This document shows, one piece after another, positions 36,350-50,479 of a DNA stretch of 64,000 nt (the first letter of the stretch is position 1; every line of letters starts with the position of its first letter). A program made the translations under genes and the position numbers. The stretch lies in NCBI GenBank assembly GCA_002269645.1, contig NIVC01002064.1, positions 1-64,000 on the forward strand, read 5' to 3'. Source of the DNA: Macrostomum lignano. Lineage: Eukaryota. The notes beneath the pieces were generated by a model, which was not told where the DNA came from, did not search any database, and saw only the letters and a program-made list of their open reading frames with translations.

Positions 36350-39300
36350 AGATACATACATTTTTACTGTTTTTTTCAATTTTACTATTTTCAATAGCCA
36401 CACTAAATACTGTCTGTAAAATTCTTATTTACTCTACTAGGGTTATTAAAAAATTGTAATAACATGCTAAAAACTTCTAAAACCAAATTAGAAGAAAGAT
36501 ATATCAACAACTAAGTTATGAAAAAATACTAAATCTTGCAATTGATTTAATGTAAATGTGCAGTTTCAGGAGTAATAGATCACTGAAATACCTTAAAAAT
36601 TAAACAAGGTCTAAGTTTTTTAAATAGTTCTTGTGATATTGTAAGATTCGTATCATACTAGTAATTCAAGTCATTATGCTTGAAATACAAAGTCATTATG
36701 TATTTTTAATTGTTGAATTATACTAAACAAGTTATAAACAAGTTATACCTTGTTTATTATATAAGTATCTATAGGTTGATGTAGGTTAACTATATAAACT
36801 TTAAATTCTAATATATATTTTTATTTTTTATATTGAGTTAAAATACATTGAGTTGTTTAAATCAATTGGTAATTTTTCTAAATATACTTTAAATTAAATA
36901 ACAAAAAATATAAGATAGGCTTATGTCCAACAGTAATACAATATTACTATAGCATTTATCATACCAGTTAAGCCAAGCCAACAAGCAGGCAATTGAATCC
37001 AGAATAAAAAAATTCATGCATTCAGAGCCTCTCTGCTTGCTGTTGATGTTAAAAACTATGTCAAAGCAGCAAGCATTTTGAATCCTAACAATGTGCGTTT
37101 AAAAGTAAGCAGAAGTTTTTGTTTTATTTAATTGAACTATGGCATAAAACTGCATATGTGGAACAACTTTAAAACAACAAATAACCAAAACCAAACAGGT
37201 CTTAGCTTTAACATTTAGCTATTGTGCCATGTTTCTACTAATATTGCCTCTTTATAATGCTGATTATAGGTTTATACTTTTAATCACTGATTTTAATATA
37301 ATTCACAGGTGGTGCTTTGTTCATTAGTCTAAAAATTGTTCTGGCATGTCTACATTTAGTCAACAACCTTTTTTAAATGTTATTTATGCATGATTTTAAA
37401 GTTAGAATAAAATAAACATTCTAGACTAGTATTTTTAGCTTTTGATAAAATAGGTCATTATCAAAAAGGAACTATACATTTTTTAAATGAAATGTCCTTA
37501 AAAAACATGTATAACTGAATACTAAAGGGAACTGAAGGACTACCCAAGATAGACATTGGGTCTGTGTCTTATCAACAAAAGTCAAAAGCAATAATAATTT
37601 TTGTAATAAAAATGAAAGTCTTATTTTGTAATATATTTTTTGAAAAAATTGTTACAATATTTTTCTAAGAAACAAGGCTTTTTATCCTACTTGAGTAGTC
37701 CTTGGAAAGAACCATGTTGGATGCACATCAAAATAGCCACATATAACATTTTTAGCTATCATGCTATATTTGTACAATGCAACATTATAGCAATATCATT
37801 TTGCCAATTATAAAGTAGATAGTAAAATAGCAATAAATATGAGCAAATTAAAATAGATAGGCCTAGCTAGTAGAATGGTATTAATAAAGTAACAAATGCC
37901 ACTGAAATCCATGGCTCAATACATGCAAACAATAAAAACAAGCAAAAGCAAAAACAAAAAATGTGCCAAAAATGTAGACTATAAAAATTTTATATACCAT
38001 TATAATTCTATCTTTTGTATCAAATTATGCACAGTAAAAATTTACTTTTACATTTGTTTTATCAGGCTGTTTTGCAATGTGGCCCTTTTGTCTTTTGGCA
38101 AGGAAGCACAAGAAATGCCCACAAACTAACTGCCCACCAAGACTTGCCTATAGGAGATTTGCCCATTGAACTTTGACTATTGAGCTTTTCCCATTGAGAT
38201 TTGCCCACAATGCATTTTGCCTATAAGTGAATTGAATTGCCTGTGGCGATTTGCCTACTGAGATTTGCAATTTTCTTGCTAGTGAATTGCCTGCAAGCAA
38301 AAATTGCATGCCAAGTTTTTTTCCTGCCAAGTTTTGCCTACAATGCCTACTTCTTTTTAGCTTGCAGTCTATCCCTTTTGCAATTGTCTGAATGTCTGTT
38401 AGAAGCCCATACATACCAACTGTCATGACCGACTGTACTGTACACATAGCATAGGAAATCTGTGAATTTGTTTCCTTGTTAAATCGGAACCAAAAAGTTG
38501 ACTAAGTCTACAAAGTTCAGATAAAATTTTGAAAGCAAAAGACTTACTATTAATAAGTATCAGAGAATACTAACAATCAAGATCTCTGTAGGACTCACAC
38601 GGTTAAAAAAAAGAAAGTTTTGTTTTACTTTCTAAATGCTAACAACAAGAATCTTTAAATCGCTGAATATTCTTAATATTTAATACATTTAACATAACAT
38701 CAAGAGCAATTTCTTAGCCAACATGCATATACCATCCTAGAAAAATTTCTGAGCAAATGGTGCAAGTTTGAAGAAAATCGGTTGAGCCATTATTACTGAA
38801 ATCTATTGCAAAGCTATGCTATATAGTTACAGACAACTCATTTTTAGTAGGCCTATATAGATTTTTAGTATATTGGATTTTCTTTGGCTACAACCAGTGT
38901 TGGGCACCATATGAAAATAACTTTAGCCAATCAGTTTTTACTAACATCAAAACCAATGTTAAAAGTACATAAACATGTGTTTGATTTTGCATGATGACTC
39001 ATTTACCCCTCAGGCCTCACCCCTTGGTCAGCTACCCTATAATTTTGTTCTCCAGTATACAGCCACCCTATTCCCACTATATACATTTTAACATTGTTTT
39101 TAAGTTAACTGAAAATTAATTGATAATTATAATAAGTATTAATCCATTAAAGTTAGCCATAGCAAATACCAAAATCTTGCACTTTTTCAAAACAGACTTC
39201 ATAATGTACTGTCTTAGCTTTTCTATCTTTTTAGCAAAACACAGAGGTTATCTAAATGATTTATAAGTTAAAAAGTAGTAAATAATAATTGTAAAAACTG

Positions 39301-42300
39301 TTATATAGGCCTATAAAACTACTTAAAGTAAGCATATAGTATGCAGGGCCCCTGCCGTTTTTCTATAAAAATAGTTACCAATTAGTTGAACTTGAATGTA
39401 TGGCAAAACTAAGACGCAATTTCTTTTGTTTTAATACTCATATTTTTCATATTATTTTGCGTGAATATATTTTTGTTTTAATCTACGAGTAAAAGTAGTA
39501 TAAATAGAAGCAAATTTGGCAGAAGGAGAACCAACCTTGCACATTGCGGTTCACTAACAAAATAGTTGATAACGAATAGTAAGAGTTCCGAGAAAATAAG
39601 AATTGAAAAAGTGTTTTCTGTGTTAATTCCTTTTAAGAAGTAAGAGCGAAATAGATTGAAATGTATACAGTACATACTATTGAGAAGCAGCAGTATTGAG
39701 TAGTAAAAGAATACGAAGTAGATCTGAAGTGATACATGTAAGAATAACTGGAGGCTGTGACCCTCTGATCTCGGTAACACCTATAGGACTTGCAAAGTAC
39801 ATAAAATACATATACCAGTATAGCCAATGTACCACTTAGGCCAAAAGTATAGTAAATGCTACTGGAATCCGAATATACACTACCAGAATAACAGAGGAAT
39901 AAAATCTTTAAAGGCTAATAGTTTCCAAGAATAATACTCAGACTAAATACTTAGACTAAATACTAAGATATATACTCAGATCAATTCTAAGAAACATTTA
40001 TTGGATTATTATAAGATTGATAAACTCATAATTTATTAATAGGATAATCCTGGTGCCAGCTACCAACATTTATAAAATAGGAGTTTAGCCCTTTGACAAC
40101 TTTAGTGATAGCTGTGGAATCATTTGAAGAGACAGAAGAATCAGCCCTTTGACAATTTCAGTAAGAGGAAACACCCCTGTGACAACGGTGGCAAGATAAA
40201 GACTAGGCAGAGGCTCAGAATTAGGACTTTATAAGACAGAGCCAAGAGGCCTAGTACAATAGAACGTGTAAAAGAATTACCTGTAACTTTTTTACTTAAA
40301 ACTCAAAAGCTAATTAGTAAATGATAAAATAGAAATAAAAAGATTTTTTCAATAGCATTAGCAGGTGCAGTAGAAAATTATGAAAGATTGGCAAAGAAGT
40401 GAATCAAAGCAATTGATACTCACGTGCAAGCAATAAAGTTCACAATTTCAATTTAATATTAAAGTTCATTAGTAAGAAGTTGATATATTTCTATGATCAT
40501 TGTCATAAACAATGAGATTAATTAGGCATTTATATAAATTTAAATTTATTTGTAATGTTGTAACATCTTATCAGACTTATATATTTCTTCTTTCTTTGTG
40601 TCTTTTGTCATTAACAATGAATTTGTCATTAACTCACAAAATTATTAATGCAAATTTGCTAATCTATTAGTTCAAAAAAATCTTAATGATAGTCCATTAA
40701 TGTTAATAAAAAATCTTAATGTTCATTAATGCTTATTAACAGATTAATGCTTATTAAATGGATTGGTGCCCAACACTGGCCACAGTTGCTTTTAAGCATT
40801 ACTTTATTACTATGACTAGGCTATGCTACTAGTACAAAATCACTTGTTATATTATAGTACATTGTAGGCCTATCATACATTCTTTATACAATCATTTAAA
40901 TATAAGCCTAAATATATATAGATAAAACATTTTGTGATAGGCATCTTTCTTCTCTGTATTATAAATTCCACTGATGCCACTAGCTGTGACAGGGTACTTT
41001 CCTCTGTCTTTTTAAATATCCTATAAGCTATAAGCCTACTAAATCCTATTATCCTATTAATCTATAGTTTTAGTAATATTCTAGTAGCATTCTTAGTAGC
41101 ATTCTGTTAATGTTCTTAATAGCATTCTGGTAGCATTTGTATACTATGTGGCCTAAGTGGTCTTATTGGTATATATACTGTTTTCCAGTCTGGGCATTAT
41201 CAAGATTAGAGGGTCTCTTAACCTTCTAGCAAGTTCTTTGAATGTTTGAAACACTCTTAGTTATCCCACTAGTAAAATGATTAGTGCTTTAAAAATCTAA
41301 GAATGATTTAATGAACACTTATTATTAGACTAGCTATAAACAATCTAATCACATGAGCAAGTTGGTTCTCTCTCTAAACTTTGCTCCTATTTATACTAAT
41401 TGAAACAAGTATATATTTTTTATTATTTGATTTTATTATTATTTGACAATTTGAAAATATTTAGAAAAGTAAAACATAATAAATTTTTCACATGTAAGTT
41501 TGAATTTAAGCTTTCTAAGAAACCCTATTACAATTTTTGCTGAAGTGCAATTTTCCCGAAATGGCTAGGTCTACTTGTTAGCACTTGTTATTTGCATGGT
41601 ACCATATAAATATTTATTGTCATTATTTATACACTATGCCTAACTAAAATAAATACTATAGTTTTATATATTGTATAGTGCTTATGGCCATGCTCCAGTT
41701 ACATTTGACCACAAATCCATCCTTTTGAAATGGAATGAGTCATATTCTTATTATTTTCCTTTGGAACACTCTGTATTTTATATTATTAATAGTAAAAGCT
41801 AATAGAAAAATTCTTAGCTATAAACACAAATCATACCTAAACTACTCATTAATAGAAATAAAAGATAAAGGGACAAATATTGAATAATCCCTAATAAGAA
41901 AAATAATTAATAATTATGGTAGTAATACCATAATAATTATGGTAATACTATAATGATACCAGAGAAGGTTGCATATTTTGCTATTTGAATTGATGGATAT
42001 CAGTTTGCCAATCAGGTTTTCAGCAGAAAGGCATTTGGTAAATTGACTTTTGGCAAAAAGGTTTGGCAAATTGTCTAGTATTCTATTATCTTATAGCCTA
42101 TATATATACTACACTTATAACTATATCTAGTAAAAGTAGAACTATCATATAAAATATTAAGATGATCTATAATATTATTAAATTCTATTTTTAGAGCCAA
42201 GTTTTTTCATGACATGATTATGAATATACTTTGTTGAATTGATAGCCAATTAGCGATTTACCAAAAATATATATAAGTAGACTTAGGCCTAAGGAGAATT

Positions 42301-45000
42301 TAAGCAAATAAGTAAGAATAATATAAACAATACATAAAAGTAATTCCCAAAAAGTATAGATAGTGAAACCCCTTTAAATGGTACAAAAATAATAGGTAGG
42401 TCAAACTGAATTTAGCCTAAATTCCTTTACAATTAACTAATTTAATTATCTACCCTATTAATTTATTACAAACTTAGTCAATTGACAATAAGACATAGGC
42501 CATTCAAACTAGCTAACTAACAAACCTTATCACATAATAAATCTTGTTGGTAGACCTATCTATACTAATAGATAATCTAAAGTGCATAGATGATAGCTCT
42601 TTTCCATGTAGCAATACTTTGCACACAAATAATATAATGTTGCTCAATGGTATCAATCACTTTATCTTAGTCATGATGCTATGGTGAAGTTCTATTCAAT
42701 GTAAGCATATAGTTATCTTAATTAAATAGCTTTTTACTTTATTTGGTTAATCTGATATTCAAAATGTTCCTGCCAGTTTTTCTAATATTGCTATTTAGTT
42801 AGCATTAATTGCCATTTGCAGATTTCAAATTGGCTACCATTTGGGCTAGGTAGATGGCTATAGCAATGCTAAAGGGCTACTATAGGCTATAGCTACAATT
42901 CCCTTGGCATTGCTATTGAGTATTGATTTTGTAGAAGCTGTTCCCTTGCCAATTTTGGTTGGAGCAGCATTTTTTAGGATCACTGCCTAACCTAACCTAT
43001 ATTTTGAACACTTTCAGCATGCCAAGATTTGTTTGGACTCCATTGTTACTAACCATTGGCAATAGGAACCTTTATAGGGCTAGCCTCTGAAGCAATGCCA
43101 ACATATTGAATTGCAGCATAGCCTAATAGATTTAATGATACAAATGCAACTTTGCCAAACTTTAGGTTCCAATTTCCATTAGAAAGAGTGTACAAAAATG
43201 ATAGGCAAAAGCTTAGGATACTACCATCTTTTCGTTTGGGTAGATAGTGTGTTCGATCACATTTCCATTGATATCAATCATTGTGCCAGCTTGCTGAGGT
43301 ATTAGTTTAGTGGGCAGAGCATTTCAAATTTGATAATTAGTCATGCATCATATCACTGAGTAGCCTGTTATATAGAAGCAAAATTTAAAAACATGTCAAA
43401 ATAGTGATAGACTACAATCTATACTTTGATTATATTAGTTACTTATATAGATATGGAATAAAACATTTTTAAATATAACAAGAAACCTAACTTCTTTTAC
43501 CATTTCCTAACTTGTTATAACAAATATTCTTTTACTAATAGAGCAATTTGGAACTACTGACAATAGCCATGACAAGTCCAATTTTCCAAGAGTTGTTCAA
43601 CTCTCGCAAGAATAAGGAGCTTAATATCAAAGCCATATGCCTAAACCCTAATAATGAAAATATGCAAATATTTTAGTTTTAGTTTGAAAAATTGAGAATT
43701 AGTTCTTATAAAAGATTGATTAAGTCTTTTTTAAATATTGATACTATATATCATGTGCTTATTCAATGAAACTACAAGTAAAACCATAATAGTTGATTTA
43801 TAAATAAAGTAAATTATAGAAAATCTATATTATATAAATTGGATTGCATACTTTATCATACCTGGCATTTGGCTACTCTATATCAAATTCTTTGTTCCAA
43901 TTGTTTTGCAATTGTGTTGCTTTTCCTAGAAATATAGGAATTTTGTCTTTCTTATATTTGGAAAAATCATATGTGGCAATATTCATATTGATAATTGCTT
44001 TGATTCTAGTGCTATATAAGACTAGGGTTCACTTCCTTTGGCCAATTGAATGTTGCTAGCTCCAACCTTGAATACCCATTTGCTATCCCATTCTGAGTTC
44101 TTACTAGACTTATCTATCAAATTAATATAGTAGAACTATTATAATACATTAAGGAAACCAAGCATATATTTTGCCAAACTTCAAAGCTATCCCCTTTGCT
44201 TGCCCCTTGTACCTTTGGTCTTTTCCTTTAAGAATATGCCCTACCTCAAAAATTTCTTGTTATGCCAATGCACTTTTGTTGCTATAGACTGCAAATTGGC
44301 CAGGTCTAGCCAAAATTTCAAAAAACTTTTTGCACTCAAGCTTTTATAAAAACTTTCTTATCAAAGCTTATATATAAGCTTCCTGCTTTAAAATTTAGAC
44401 TAGACCATGTGATTGGAGTCTCATATGCACTTGAAACATGCAGACATGATCTAGCAGTGGTAGATATACTAAAGTATAATTTATTATGCATAAAATGCAT
44501 TTTTTTATCTACAAGTATCCAAGGTAAATTATTATAATAATTATCTACAATGTCCAAGGTAAATGCACTTCAAGCACTTTCCTTATTCTTATTCCTATTC
44601 CATATTCCATATCCATATATTTGCAGCCAAATTTGTTACATTAGTATTCAATTAATAAACAAATTAAATAAAAATAGCAAACAATAAGTTTTGCATAAAA
44701 AGTTAAAAGTACACCATAGAAATACTATTATCAGATATTTTCATGGACTATATACAAGCATATATGGCTTTTAATTATTGTATTAAAAGAGACTGTAAAA
44801 AGTAAAAGCAAAAATACTAAATTGTGTAGCATCATAGTTCCTTTTCTTTTTTATACAAGTCTGATAATATCCTAAAGTGGTATTATATAATATTGATTAG
44901 ATAATCTTGATAATCCTAATCTTGATAACCTTGATATTAGATCATCTTCCCTAGGATTATAATGCTAAATATTCAGTGTCTCTATAGCAAAAATTACTTG
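36350..45000. other. AT-rich, strongly CpG-depleted block, probably decayed repeats
   Basis: No credible ORF. By eye only about 6 CG dinucleotides in 40321-45000, while GC, TG, CA and TA are abundant. Confidence 0.6.
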
Positions 45001-46194
45001 GTACTTAAAATTTCGTGATGAGCTGTTCATCTGGTCTCAGCTGCTCCAACTAATGAGCTTCTTAGTAATTTACCTCCCTATTATACTGCATTATTTAAAA
45101 GTACATGTTGGACTTAGCCTTAACTCCTATTGAAACTTGCTGAACTGCTCTGTAGAAATAAGATTCGCTTCTCTAATATTCGAGGCTGGGTCTTTGTGCT
45201 GCCAAAAACTTACTGTCAAAGATAATTTTTCACGAGTTGCCAGCTGAACATTCTTGCCTTCAAAGTATCCACTAGAAGCTTTAACTGTCTTGTCAGCGTA
45301 TTTAACACCTGAATCTCAGCTGCACACTTGTCCATCGACAGCTGCTCAGCAAGATTAGCCTGTCTGCAGATGTGAATTTTTCCTCTGCTGATTCACAGAA
45401 TGGCAGCGTCCGCAAAGGGTGACTAGATTGGCAAAAAAACGTTTCAGTATTCCAGCGTCCATATCATGCAAGAGCTGTCGGCACTTTTAATCAGATGGGC
45501 AGTAGGTCGACGCGCATCTTTAAAGTCATTTTTAGACAGCAGCTGTCAACAGATGCGTTTTTGTGAATTTTTTTGCAAGTCTTTTATACGATTTACACTT
45601 GCACTACTCAAACCTGGAGTAAATTTCACTTGGCTACTCAACAAATTGAAATTGGCACAGTGAAAGCTTCAATGGGCTGTGAGCACCTATCAAAGTTAAT
45701 AATTAATTCAAATTAGTCTTGCTAATGTTAGCACAAATTGAAAAGTAGAAGATGTACATCTATGTGGGTGACTGGTCTAATTGATATTAGTTTGTCTAAT
45801 GCTGTTGTGTCAATCAGTCTACTCTATTTGTTAAATAATTCATTTCCCATAAAACTGATTGCATACGTTGATTAAATCGCGATTATGACTCAGCTCACAA
45901 AATGCTCATGCAAAATTCTGATAAAAAATAATTAACTTACAAGCTGATTTTATTAAAAGTCGTAAGTTCCTTGTGAGATCAGAAATGTTCAAAGGCTAAA
46001 TACAATAATCAATCTCTTTAATTGAATATTTGAAACGCACTGGCTAGTTATAATTAAATGGATTCGAATTGCAGCTTAGCACACGCTAAGCAGGCTGCTA
46101 AATTTTCTGGATTTCCTGTTAGTTTGAGCATCAATCACTCTCTGTGCAGCGGCGATTTCCTTATATGCCTCTCCTCTTCCCTCCCCCTGTGCCT

Positions 46195-46201
46195 TATAAA
46201 T
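46195..46201 (+). promoter_or_regulatory. Candidate TATA box of the nuclear receptor gene
   Basis: TATAAAT ~110 bp upstream of the ATG at 46309. Confidence 0.3.
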
Positions 46202-46308
46202 ATTGAGTTAGTTGCTAGGGACAGGTGCTTAGCTAATAGCTTAGTTCGCACACCTTGTCGCCTTCATGCAACTGTTTTTTCTTCTTTCTGAAGCAGTTTC
46301 ATAGAATA

Positions 46309-48763
46309 ATGCATACTGAGGAGCAGACGCCACCAGCCGGCATAGCCCACTCCGGCAATGGCCATAGCAACGGCCCTAGCAACGGCGTCAGCAATAATAA
46401 AAACAACAGCGTTAAAAAGCATCGAAAGCAGCAACAGAGAAAGAAGAAGCAACAACAGCAACAGCAGCAGTGCCGAGTGTGCCATAGGCGCGCATCTGGG
46501 CATCACTATAGCGCGCTGACCTGCGAAGCTTGCAAAGCGTTCTTTAAGCGCACTGTGAACTCCTGTCTGACCTACTTCTGCCCGGTGCAGCGCTCCGGCT
46601 CCCGCTGCCCGGTGCGCGTGCGCAACAAGCGGCAGTGCCCTGCCTGCCGGTGGAAGCGCTGTCTCGAGGCTTCTATGCAGGTTCGAGTCTGTTATTGGCA
46701 TATTTCTCAATAGTGTACTTCTCGATTTCAAAATCGGTGTATTAGGATTTCAAAATCGGTGTATTAGGATTTCAAAATCGGTGTATTACGATATCAAAAG
46801 CGGTGTATTAGGATTTCAAAAGCGGTGTATTAGGATTTCAAAAGCGGTGTATTAGGATATCAAAAGCGGTGTAGTAGAATTTCAAAATTGGTGTAGTAGA
46901 ATTTCAAAATCGGTGTATTAGAACTTCAAAATCGGTGTATTAGGATTTCAAAAGCGGTGTATTAGGATATCAAAAGCGGTGTATTAGGATTTCAAAATCG
47001 GTGTATTAGGATTTCAAAATCGGTGTATTAGAACTTCAAAATCGGTGTATTAGAATTTCAAAAGCGGTGTATTAGGATTTCAAAAGCGGTGTATTAGGAT
47101 ATCAAAAGCGGTGTATTAGGATTTCAAAATCGGTGTATTAGAACTTCAAAATCGGTGTATTAGAATTTCAAAAGCGGTGTATTAGGATATCAAAAGCGGT
47201 GTATTAGGATATCAAAAGCGGTGTATTAGGATATCAAAAGCGGTGTATTAGGATTTCAAAAGCGGTGTATTAGGATTTCAAAAGCGCCACTCCAAATCAA
47301 CATTGGCAGATCCGTCTTGTCCGCTCTGCATCGCCCGTCCAGCCGCCTTTGCCGCCATCGTCAGTGATCACCGCACCAGCCGACAACGCAGCCTCCAACG
47401 GCGCGAACTCAAGTGTCAGCAACGCGGCGTTTTCAATGGCTTCCCGCCAGCCGCCAGCGTACATCCAGCAGCTGATAGCCGAGTCGGCCGCCAAGGAGTC
47501 GGAGGCGGCTGCCGCGCTGGCTGCCGCCGCTGAAGCCGGCCTAGGCAGAGAAATTGTTCAGCAGCTGCGCTGCACCTGCATCGACGAGCTGGTGAGCGAC
47601 ATCGACATGTCGGACTCCAGCCTAGCCGGCGTAGCCAGCCAATCAGAGCGGCACGCCTTGCTGTTGGGCATCTGCTTCAACAAGCACGCCAACGATCTGG
47701 TGGCTTTTGCCAAGCATTTGACCGGATTCGCTGCCCTGCCGATGCCAGATCGGGTACAAATGCTGCAGCTGCGCTGGCTTAACCTGGTCGCTTGGCAGGT
47801 GAGACCTTGGCTGCGTGGGAGGGGATTAGTACTTTGCGGACTGCTGTAAATTAGCAAGATTAAGAGTGGAACAGAGTGAGCACTGAGCAAGATTAAGAAT
47901 GGAACAGAGTGAGCACTGAGCAAGATTAAGAATGGAACAGAGTGAGCACTGAGCAACATTAAGAATGGAACAGAGTGAGCACTGAGCAAGATTAAGAATG
48001 GAACAGAGTGAGCACTGAGCAAGATTAAGAATGGAACAGAGTGAGCACTGAGCAAGATTAAGAATGGAACAGAGTGAGCACTGAGCAAGATTAAGAATGG
48101 AACAGAGTGAGCACTGAGCAAGATTAAGAATGGAACAGAGTGAGCATTATAAGCAAAAAGCAAAAAGCCAAGCGCCTGCATTCCTCAATCCAGATCGTCT
48201 ATCAATCCACGCCCTACGACGGCCACCTAAAGCTGTGCCGCAATTTCTGGATTCGCGACGATGCGCCCTCCCTGTTCGCCGGCCGGATTCCCGTTAGAAG
48301 CGGCCGCCTGCTGCGCTGCTTTGCCAATTTGCTGACTCGCCTAGGCCTCACCGAGGCTGAGTTCCTACTATTGAAGGCTGTCTTTTTGTTGGAGGCGCCG
48401 CCGTCTTATAACTGGGAGGATCGGCCAGCCATTGACAGGCTGCAGGAGCGCTACATTGCCGAGTTCCGCTCCGTTTGTCCCAGCGCCACCCGCCGGGCCC
48501 GTCTGCTATCGCTGGACGGCCTGCTAGAGGCTGTCCGAGTTCTCACGGTTGGCTACTGGTTGAGAGTGCTGCAGCGTACGCCATACACTCCACCACCCTT
48601 AGTAACGGAGATGCTCACCTTCTCGTTAGGCAATGTGCCGCACGTGTCCTCAGATCTGTCCGATACTGCCCAGCCAAATCAGGCCAATCAGGATGTACAA
48701 GTTGTTACTGAGGCCTCGTCATCTGGCTGCGGCGGTCAGCTTGGGATCAACTCGATTCCGTAG
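46309..48763 (+). CDS. ERR: Estrogen-related receptor-like nuclear receptor (NR3B-like), 3 exons, 476 aa
   Basis: Exons 46309-46680, 47310-47798 and 48194-48763, all phase 0. First C4 finger C-X2-C-X13-C-X2-C with the ERR-type P-box CEACKAFFKRT. Ligand-binding domain motifs AFAKHLTGF, IVYQSTPYDGHL (ERR IVYRSLPYDDKL), EFLLLKA, AIDRLQE and AF-2 LVTEML. Confidence 0.88.
46728..47285. repeat. 22-bp minisatellite (TTTCAAAATCGGTGTATTAGGA), receptor intron 1
   Basis: Direct reading. Confidence 0.95.
47850..48145. repeat. 33-bp minisatellite (TGAGCAAGATTAAGAATGGAACAGAGTGAGCAC), receptor intron 2
   Basis: Direct reading. Confidence 0.95.
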
Positions 48764-48824
48764 AATTTGCGTGTTCCTGTCCGCTGCTACCTATTTATAG
48801 TTATCCAGATACAGATGCCCACTA

Positions 48825-49415
48825 CACAGGTACCCATCTACGGATATCCACGCATACCCATGTACGGATATCCACGCATACCCATCTACGGATATCCACG
48901 TGTACCCATCTACGGATGTCAACGCATACCCATGTACGGATATCCGCGTGTACCCATCTACGGATATCCACGCATACCCATCTACGGATATCCGCGTGTA
49001 CCCATCTACGGATATCCACGTGTACCCATCTACGGATGTCCACGCATACCCATCTACGGATATCCGCGTGTACCCATGTACGGATATCCACGTGTACCCA
49101 TCTACGGATATCCACGCATACCCATCTACGGATATCCACGTGTACCCATCTACGGATATCCACGTGTACCCATCTACGGATGTCCACGCATACCCATCTA
49201 CGGATATCCGCGTGTACCCATCTACGGATATCCACGTGTACCCATCTACGGATATCCACGCATACCCATCTACGGATATCCACGTGTACCCATCTACGGA
49301 TATCCGCGTGTACCCATCTACGGATGTCCACGTGTACCCATGTACGGATATCCGCGTGTACCCATCTACGGATATCCACGTGTACCCATCTACGGATGTA
49401 CGCATCTACGCATCT
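48825..49415. repeat. 24-bp minisatellite (GTACCCATCTACGGATATCCACGT) just 3' of the receptor stop
   Basis: Direct reading. Confidence 0.95.
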
Positions 49416-50479
49416 ATAGATCTGCGTAGGTACCAACCTTTCAGGTATCCAGTTACAGTAGCCGTTCTATCTAGATGCTACATGCATGCAGAATAATTAC
49501 TCATTAAAGATTTGATTTACTGTAGTGTGTCCAGAATTATTCCAGAATAATCAAAGCGCATCGAGTTCATGATGCTGTTTTCTGCTTAGAAATCATAATT
49601 TTAACTGCGTTTCATATTTTTTGTTTTATTACACTTAATCCCTGTAAGTCTAGTCTTTAGTTTGCCATATGTTAAGATTAACTGGATTAACTGTGCTTAA
49701 TCTGTAGCCACACTTTGTTCACCTGCTTGGAATTGAATTTATTAAAGTGTGAGTGTTACATTATTAAAATCGTCCGCAACCGCACGGACGCCCACATACG
49801 TACAGCTAGCTCCATAATTGAAGCACCAGAGAAAACTATATTAAAAACATTTTTTGTAAGCTACTGATACTAAGTAGTATAAAACTATGGCCCTCCGGCT
49901 GTTTCAAATTGCTTGCCAGCCCCGCTGTGTTGTCTTCTGGCGCTGATTTTATTCAATGTCAATGCTACTTGTTTCAGTAGTAAGTTATAAAAAGTATTAA
50001 ATAGTTAGTGAGCCATTCTTAGCGAAAAAGTGTTTGTTTATTCTGTGCTGTGGTTTAGCCTACTGAATAGTGAGTATGCATTAATTTTGTCATTAATCTG
50101 CCTTATTCAGACAGACAGTCCCAACAAATCTCTTTCCGATTTGGGCTCCGATTTAATTATTGCTTGCGTTGTACTTTTCTCTGTATTGTCTTTCCCTAAT
50201 CTTTGCCCGTTTGCTCGTGTCTAAATGCTCAGACTTCTGTTCGATCCAAATTTATTAGAATTTGTTTATTAACATTGCTTATCTATTATTTTTGTTATGA
50301 CCACGTACCCGGCTGTTCCAAAATTCTTCACTTTATGCGTCATCACGATCAGAAAATAAGAAATAAATAAAAAATCAAATGCCATTGTCAGTGATTGCTT
50401 TTTAACAACAACAAAAATCAAATTTGTGGTTTTTTATGGAATTAGTTTCTTGCGCTGCATATCGGCCACTTTCTCTCGC

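Noticed and set aside
45214-45308. Possible minus-strand exon (CAG|..VKYADKTVKASSGYFEGKNVQLATREKLSLT|GTAAGT) that might supply the missing SH3
   Set aside because: No SH3 motif or recognisable homology, and no partner exon identified.
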